Source of the DNA: Candidatus Latescibacterota bacterium
GTDB lineage: Bacteria; Latescibacterota; UBA2968; UBA8231
Direction of reading: 5' to 3'
Assembly: GCA_965243025.1 (NCBI GenBank)
Contig: CBDETY010000003.1
Location: 864,001 to 928,000 of the forward strand
DNA length: 64,000 nucleotides
In this document: piece after piece, positions 58,601 through 64,000 of the stretch
Layout of the letters: the number at the start of each line of letters is the position of its first letter
Position numbering within the stretch: position 1 is the first letter of the stretch
The notes under the pieces: generated by a model
Told to the model about the DNA's origin: nothing
The model's database searches: none
Seen by the model: the letters and a program-made list of their open reading frames with translations, nothing else
Made by a program: the position numbers and the translations under genes

Positions 58601-60695
58601 CTTGGGGGGCACCCAATTAACAAGCCTACCCGATGGCATCTTTGACCGGTTAACCAAATTGACAACCCTCGACCTAGGCGGCCCCATACCAGGCGGCACC
58701 CAGCTAACCATGTTACCCGAAGGCATTAACCGGCTAACAAACTTGACCCAACTTGACCTGAGTGGAAACCAATTGTCAACTATTCCTGATAATCTGTTTT
58801 CTGGACTTTCGTCGCTGACAGAACTCAAACTGTACAATAATGCAGTAAATACGCTGTCTCTTACCGTTTCGCTGGAGAAGGTTGGAAATGATAAATTCAA
58901 AGCGGTAGCACCCTCCGGCGCACCCTTTGACATCGTCCTGCCCGTCAGCGTCACCAACGGAACCATTAACGGCGGGGCAACTGCGCTGACGATTCCCACA
59001 GGAAGCGTGGAAAGCGGAACCCTTACGGTTTTCGGCACGACATTCGCGGTCACCGTGGACATCAGCGACCTGCCGGAGCTGCCTGCTGATACAGACCGTT
59101 TTGGACGTCTTCATAGCGGCTACGCCCTCGCCAAATCCGCTGACTTGCCACTGACATTCACGAATCTGGGCGGAGCCACCTTCACCCCGGTCTGCGACCG
59201 CACCCCGCAGGTGCGCGACGAGATCGTAGAACAATCGCAGGTCAGTGCTTGCGGTGCCGTGACTGAGGGACATCTGGGGGCGATCACGGGTCTCGGCCTA
59301 GGTATAATCACGATTTTGGGTGAGACCGCAGGTGAGGAAATCACGACTCTGCAGTCGGGCGATTTCGACGGGCTGACCGGCCTGACTACCCTCTATGTGT
59401 CGGGCGAACAGTTGAGCAGCATACCTGCCGGAGTCTTCGACGACTTGATCTCGCTGGAAACCCTTTTTCTGACCGGCAATTTCAGCAGCCTGCCTGGCGG
59501 GGTCTTCGACGGACTGACCGGCCTGACCAAGCTTTTTCTGACCGGCAATTTCAGCAGCCTGCCGGACGGCGTCTTCGACAAGCTGACCGGTCTGACTACG
59601 CTTTCAGTGGCTGGCAACTTCAGCAGTCTGCCGGACCGCATTTTTGATAAGCTGACCGGCCTGACGGCGCTGGTGGTGTTTGTGGGCAAGTTGAACAGCC
59701 TGCCGGACGGCGTCTTCCATAAGCTTACAGGCCTGAATACGCTCCTGGTGGGTGGCAGCTTCAGCCGTCTGCCGGACGGCGTCTTCGACGGCCTCACTTC
59801 TCTGACTGTGCTCGAACTGACAGGCAACCTCGACCTTTCCGGGATCACTTCGTTGGCAGGTCTCGAAGAGCTCGACCTGGACGTTGACCCCCTACTCCTT
59901 ACCGTGTCCCTGGAGCAGGTTGGACAGGGACAGTTCAAAGCGGTGGTACCCACCGGTGCGCCGTTTGCTATGGTTCTGCCGATCACCGTTGCAAGCGGCA
60001 GCATCAGCGGCGGCGCAGCCAGCGTCACTGTTCCAGTGGGCAGTGTCGAGAGTGATACCCTCACCGTGACCCGTACCCCCGGTACAACTGCTGCTGTCAC
60101 CGTCGATATCGGCATTTTGCCGGGGCTGCCAACAGACCATTCCGGCTATTCCTTCGCCAAGTCCGCCGACCTCCCGCTCGAAGTCATCAGGGGGACAACT
60201 GGCGGGCAAACTTCCACCGATTTCAACGGCGACGGCGCGACTGATTTCGCCGACTTCTTTCTGTTCATCGACGCCTATGGCGGCACCGATGCCCGCTTCG
60301 ACCTCGACGGCAGCGGCACCGTCGATTTCGTCGACTTCTTCAAGTTCATCGACACCTTCGACCAGCCGGGGCAGGCCAAGCTGGTGGCCTTGGCCCGTGA
60401 GATGCTCGGGTTGCCGGATGGGCCGGAGTTGCGGCAGAACACCCCCAACCCCTTCAACAGCGAGACCGTGATTTCCTGGTTCCTGCTGGAGCCGGGTCCG
60501 GCGCGAGTGGAGGTGTTCGCCCTGACCGGGCAGCGGGTGGCAATGCTTCATCATGGACCCAGCAAGGCCGGGTACCACCGGGTGTACTGGGACGGTCGCG
60601 ACGACCGAGGCCGCCCCCTGGCCAGCGGGGTCTATCTGTACCGATTAGTTACTACCGAGAACGTTCAGGCGCGCAAGCTTACCCTGTTGCGATAG
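55626..60695 (+). CDS. Secreted metzincin-like metalloprotease + 7 WD40 + two LRR blocks + EF-hand pair + FlgD-Ig
   Basis: AGGAG SD and MITPVFCLVLL signal; HELGHAFYLGHD...MSYG; AFSPDG repeats; LPDG(I/V)FDxLTxL repeats each preceded by a C(G/D)RTxxV...C cap; NTPNPFN tail. Confidence 0.9.
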   Translation: MITPVFCLVLLAFLSSFLTPLAVAFASPSPPDSVHFSCQLVDREQFEQDQSIPAAKRLQDLNVGDPRTVRLIYYVPDDRTYRAEVVEEIKTGIREVQTFFADRMEAHGHGRKTFTIETDDQSAPIVHRVDGGKIGETFDTSRNIFLIVVDDGAEISHGATFLPGTRKEGITAFIYGGWDWFAAAHELGHAFYLGHDFRTGVSKGTGIMSYGRAARSSASLSACAAELLSVHPYFNSAISIEDGTPPTIELTSATTYPVGSQSVPIRLRIKDSEGLHQVILSVSTQIHYIGGTELKACRRLANEDDSVIEFTYDGIVPSSTFGSSQTSFSNPLVHKFSVMAVDTDGNRHIEFFTLRPDTWEYHITTITAHSDGISSFAFSPDGTILAASSTSYNGEVKFWDVETRADTGTILYEEKYVQSVAFSPDGTILALGTGGYGERRRIDLWDVAARTSIGPFVTEPAPYYRGFRSIVFSPDGTKLASVMRGDERADDRPVKLWDVVTREIIDTFEGSGVAFSPDGTILVTVLKSEVNLWDVATRTHIATIQDDRTSTWIEAWHRTITSVAFSPDGTTLAIKRRDNTFGLWNLVTQEKIGHYGWPDPRGGRGSGAVFSPDGSILASTSTHSLDDRYLDTEINLFEMTTKSRRIVGTLSGHTRAVTSAAFSPDGKILASTERHGTTIRLWDTSEWAGTPVVNHPPTGRVTIRGRAKVGETLEADASAVGDPDGPLALEFSYQWLGDLSPIAGAKSQTYTLTENEIGKTIRVRANYIDGLGAPVYVASGETEIVNVGICGRTTEVQTAILDDIAGISDCAKVTDSHLAAITDGMDVTLGSSVKAGDFHGLTGLTAFGLDTGQLTSLPVGMFTDLSNVTYMEMYGEQLTTLPAGAFDGLTSLTLFSLAARQLTALPVGVFDPLTNLTQVGFAANLRTLPDGIFDQLTELKSLSLRLRGTQLTSMPGGIFDQLTNLISLHLITPSTGLPDGIFDQLTNLTTLSLGGTQLTSLPDGIFDRLTKLTTLDLGGPIPGGTQLTMLPEGINRLTNLTQLDLSGNQLSTIPDNLFSGLSSLTELKLYNNAVNTLSLTVSLEKVGNDKFKAVAPSGAPFDIVLPVSVTNGTINGGATALTIPTGSVESGTLTVFGTTFAVTVDISDLPELPADTDRFGRLHSGYALAKSADLPLTFTNLGGATFTPVCDRTPQVRDEIVEQSQVSACGAVTEGHLGAITGLGLGIITILGETAGEEITTLQSGDFDGLTGLTTLYVSGEQLSSIPAGVFDDLISLETLFLTGNFSSLPGGVFDGLTGLTKLFLTGNFSSLPDGVFDKLTGLTTLSVAGNFSSLPDRIFDKLTGLTALVVFVGKLNSLPDGVFHKLTGLNTLLVGGSFSRLPDGVFDGLTSLTVLELTGNLDLSGITSLAGLEELDLDVDPLLLTVSLEQVGQGQFKAVVPTGAPFAMVLPITVASGSISGGAASVTVPVGSVESDTLTVTRTPGTTAAVTVDIGILPGLPTDHSGYSFAKSADLPLEVIRGTTGGQTSTDFNGDGATDFADFFLFIDAYGGTDARFDLDGSGTVDFVDFFKFIDTFDQPGQAKLVALAREMLGLPDGPELRQNTPNPFNSETVISWFLLEPGPARVEVFALTGQRVAMLHHGPSKAGYHRVYWDGRDDRGRPLASGVYLYRLVTTENVQARKLTLLR

Positions 60696-61091
60696 CTCTA
60701 TTTCTCACCCCGGCCAACCCCCATTATTTGGCGGAATTTCCAGTGCTCCTGCTCTTGTCCGGACAATTTTGCAGCTAAATCTCAAAAAGAGTCTGTTCCA
60801 GATAATCCTACTTCCCCAATACAAGGGCAAGAATTCCTGTTCAGTTGACGAGCTACACCTCTGAGAATGCGTTTGTTCAATCATACCCTTTTCTGATCTC
60901 ATTTACCGCGGGTCTGTTTATGAGATGTGCTGCAATGGAGGCGGCAGATTCCACGGGTCGCGTTTCATTCAGATCGAAAAAGCAGCTTGGAACCGGCAAT
61001 CTGTAGGTGCAAGTAAACAACCCTCGTCAGCGTCAATTCCTGGGATTCTCCGGCTCAACATATCCCAAGCGTATAGGAGAAGAGCCTTCTC

Positions 61092-64000
61092 ATGAAATAT
61101 TTCGTCCTACGGGTGTCTATATTGGGACTGTCCTGCCCCTTCCTCTTGCCACCGTCCTCCGCCTATGCTCATGCCCCCCCGGCGGACAGCGTGCATTTCT
61201 GGGTGCCCTTCGATTTCCAGCAGTGGCGGCGCGATCATCCTCGCCCGGCGGCCAAGGGGCTGGCGGACCTGAACAGGGGCGAACCGCGCACCGTGCGGAT
61301 AATTCACTTAATACCCAACGACCGGCCGTACCGGGCCGCCGCCGTTGATACGATCAAATCGGTGATCCGGCAGATTCAGACGTTCTATTCCGAGCAGATG
61401 CAGGCGCATGGGTACGGCGACCTGAGCTTCCGCTTTGAAACCGACGGCCAGGGAGAGCCGCTGGTGCATCGCCTCGACGGGCAACGTCCCGACCGCGAGT
61501 ATACTGAATCCACGGTGTTTGAGGAGGTCGAACGGGCGTTCGATCTCGACGCGAACCTCTATCTTATCGTCCTTGATTCGGAACCACCGCTTCGCTGGGA
61601 TGACGGAACGACTGTGTTAGGTACGGGAGTCCGATATGGAAAAAGCGGTGGCTTCGCGTGGGTGCCTGATCTGGTAGACGAAAGCATATCGAGGATATCC
61701 TGGAAGATCGCGGCCCATGAACTGGGACATGCCTTCGGCCTGTACCACGATTTCAGGGATGACGAGTACCTCATGGCTTACGGAGTCAAGGGCCCGTACC
61801 GGCTATCCGCGTGCAGCGCCGAATTCCTGGCCGTGCATCCCTACTTCAATCCCGACATCCCCATTGAAGAGGGGTCGCCTCCCGACGTCGAACTCCTTTC
61901 GCCGACCGCCTATCCGGCCGATTCGGAGAGCGTTTCCATCAGAGTCGAAGTCGGCGACGCAGAGGGGGTTCATCAAGTCATCCTCGCTTCCGTATTCGAT
62001 ATTGCGGTGAAGGGGTGCCGAGGCGTGGCGGGCAGGAAAGAGGACGTGCTCGAATTCGAGTATGACGGCATGCATCCCCGGATAACCTGGCAAAATCTTT
62101 CCGATCCGGCTGCTCATCCCATCTTTTTCGGGACCGTCGACGGGGATGGAAACGTGCACGAACAGCAGTACATCCTTACGGCCGCTTCGCCCTATCATGT
62201 TGCCACTCTGGAGGATCATATCCGGACTACGAGGATCACATATTCCGTGGCGTTTTCGCCGGATGGGACCCTCGCCTCCGGGTCGGGGGACGGGACCGTG
62301 AAACTGTGGGACGTAGGGACCAGGGAACTGATCGCCACGCTCGAAGAGCATGCGACTTGGGTGTATTCGGTGGCGTTTTCGCCGGATGGGATCGTCCTCG
62401 CCTCCGGGTCGGGAGACGGTACCGTGAAACTGTGGGACGTGGCGTCCCGGCGGAATACCGCCACGCTTGCGGAGCATTCGGACGAGGTCCTTGCCGTGGC
62501 GTTTTCGCCGGATGGCACAATCCTCGCCTCCGGGTCATACGACAACACCATCAAACTGTGGGACGTGGCGTCTCGGCGGAATACCGCCACGCTTGCGGAA
62601 CATTCGGACGGAGTCCTTTCGGTGGCGTTTTCGCCGGATGGGACCGTCCTCGCCTCCGGGTCATACGACAACACAATCAGACTGTGGGACGTAGAGACCG
62701 GGGAACGGATCGCCACGCTCGAAGGACACTCGTTCTCGGTGAACTCGGTGGTGTTCTCGCGGGATGGCACAATCCTCGCCTCCGGATCAAACGACAACAC
62801 CATCAAACTGTGGGACGTGGTGTCCCGACGGAATACCGCCACCCTTACGGACTGTCGCGAGACGGTTGAAGCGCTGGCTTTTTCTCCTGACGGGGCCACC
62901 CTGGCTGCCGCGTCATGGGACCAGAGAATGATCCTGTGGGACGTAGCGACCGGGAAACGAATCGAGGTGTTCGCGCATACGTCCCCCGTTGAAGCGATAG
63001 CGTTTTCGCCGGATGGGACCACCCTCGCTTCCGGGGCGGGGAATGGCGCGGTGACGTTGTGGAATACCTCGGAGTGGGCAAAGCCCCGTCCCTACCAAGT
63101 GGTGATGATCTCCGGCGACGGCCAGCAGGGCGCCCCCGGCGAAGCGTTGGACCAGCCCCTGGTGGTGGAAGTGCGAGACCAGTACGGCGATCCCGTGCCC
63201 GATGCGCCCGTCATCTTCACGGCCACGGACGCGGAGGGGGCAAAGCTCAGCGGCCGCTTCACGGTTGAACGCGCCATCACCGATGACCACGGCCGGGCGG
63301 CCCTTACGCTCACCCTGGGACTCGCCCCGGGCGCGACCGCCGTTGAAGTATCCTTGGGAGGATGGGGGGAGGGGGTGACGTTTCGTGCGGTGGGCATCGG
63401 ACTCGACATAACCGACATGGAAGGGGATTACCGCACCTGGCATCTGCCTGACGAGGCAAGAGTGCGTCTGGGAACGGGGGCACTCAGTGATTCTGACCGG
63501 AGTCTGGCCTTTTCGCCGGACGGTCAAATCCTCGCCGTAGCCAGCGGCATCGGCGTGTGGCTGTACGATGCGCCCACCGCCCGAGCCTTGGCGCTGCTGC
63601 CTTTCCCGGGTGCCAACGCGTTGGCGTTCTCTCCGGATGGCGCCACCCTCGCCTCCGCGTCGTGGGGGATAACCAAACTGTGGGACGTGGCGAATCGCGA
63701 AGAGATCTTCACGCTCGGACGGTGGGACGAGGGAGGGGGATCCTCGTTGGCGTTCACGCCGGACGGCGCCACCCTCGCCACGGGGAAGTGGGACGGCACA
63801 ATCCGTCTGTGGGACGTGGAAAACCGGCAAAAGATCGTCACCTTGGGAAGGCACGACAGCCAGGTTCAATCGTTGGCGTTCACGCCCGACGGCGCCACCC
63901 TCGCCTCCGGGTCACGGGACGACGGTATAATCCGCCTGTGGGACGTGGAAAACCGCGAAGAGATCGCCACCTTCCAGGAGCATATCGAGGTTGAGTCGTT
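61092..64000 (+). CDS. Secreted metzincin-like metalloprotease + WD40 + Big_1 + second WD40 block; runs off the window
   Basis: Not in the ORF track (no stop). Manual translation MKYFVLRVSILGL...DSVHF...RPAAKGLADLN; AHELGHAFGLYHD (~61712-61752); seven WD40 repeats 62230-63070; MISGDGQQG; LPDEARVRLG cap then more WD40. Confidence 0.85.
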   Translation, partial: MKYFVLRVSILGLSCPFLLPPSSAYAHAPPADSVHFWVPFDFQQWRRDHPRPAAKGLADLNRGEPRTVRIIHLIPNDRPYRAAAVDTIKSVIRQIQTFYSEQMQAHGYGDLSFRFETDGQGEPLVHRLDGQRPDREYTESTVFEEVERAFDLDANLYLIVLDSEPPLRWDDGTTVLGTGVRYGKSGGFAWVPDLVDESISRISWKIAAHELGHAFGLYHDFRDDEYLMAYGVKGPYRLSACSAEFLAVHPYFNPDIPIEEGSPPDVELLSPTAYPADSESVSIRVEVGDAEGVHQVILASVFDIAVKGCRGVAGRKEDVLEFEYDGMHPRITWQNLSDPAAHPIFFGTVDGDGNVHEQQYILTAASPYHVATLEDHIRTTRITYSVAFSPDGTLASGSGDGTVKLWDVGTRELIATLEEHATWVYSVAFSPDGIVLASGSGDGTVKLWDVASRRNTATLAEHSDEVLAVAFSPDGTILASGSYDNTIKLWDVASRRNTATLAEHSDGVLSVAFSPDGTVLASGSYDNTIRLWDVETGERIATLEGHSFSVNSVVFSRDGTILASGSNDNTIKLWDVVSRRNTATLTDCRETVEALAFSPDGATLAAASWDQRMILWDVATGKRIEVFAHTSPVEAIAFSPDGTTLASGAGNGAVTLWNTSEWAKPRPYQVVMISGDGQQGAPGEALDQPLVVEVRDQYGDPVPDAPVIFTATDAEGAKLSGRFTVERAITDDHGRAALTLTLGLAPGATAVEVSLGGWGEGVTFRAVGIGLDITDMEGDYRTWHLPDEARVRLGTGALSDSDRSLAFSPDGQILAVASGIGVWLYDAPTARALALLPFPGANALAFSPDGATLASASWGITKLWDVANREEIFTLGRWDEGGGSSLAFTPDGATLATGKWDGTIRLWDVENRQKIVTLGRHDSQVQSLAFTPDGATLASGSRDDGIIRLWDVENREEIATFQEHIEVES

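Overview
GC-rich bacterial DNA in two parts. (1) About 1-17.3 kb is a defence/mobile-element island: a minus-strand operon res - decayed hicB - mod - SIR2-like gene (type III restriction-modification with a sirtuin-like gene running off the left edge), a Cro-like HTH micro-operon with small Cys-rich ORFs and antisense cargo genes (including a SWIB + J-domain fusion), a frameshifted SF2 helicase coupled to a small zinc-finger gene, a JAB-only RadC gene and an IS1595-family transposase. (2) About 17.6-64 kb is a plus-strand array of very large secreted modular proteins built from WD40, YWTD and WSDG-repeat propellers, LRRs, CARDB/Ig domains, zinc metalloprotease domains, EF-hand/dockerin-like pairs and FlgD-Ig/T9SS-like (PNPFN) domains. 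It is interspersed with IS3, IS630, IS1380 and IS1182-like elements or remnants, many pseudogene fragments and an orphan WYL regulator. The repertoire resembles that of animal (e.g. sponge) symbionts of Latescibacterota/Gemmatimonadota/Poribacteria type; this is inference only. No rRNA, tRNA, CRISPR array, integrase or reverse transcriptase was seen. All family calls come from motif recognition by eye; no database searches were run.
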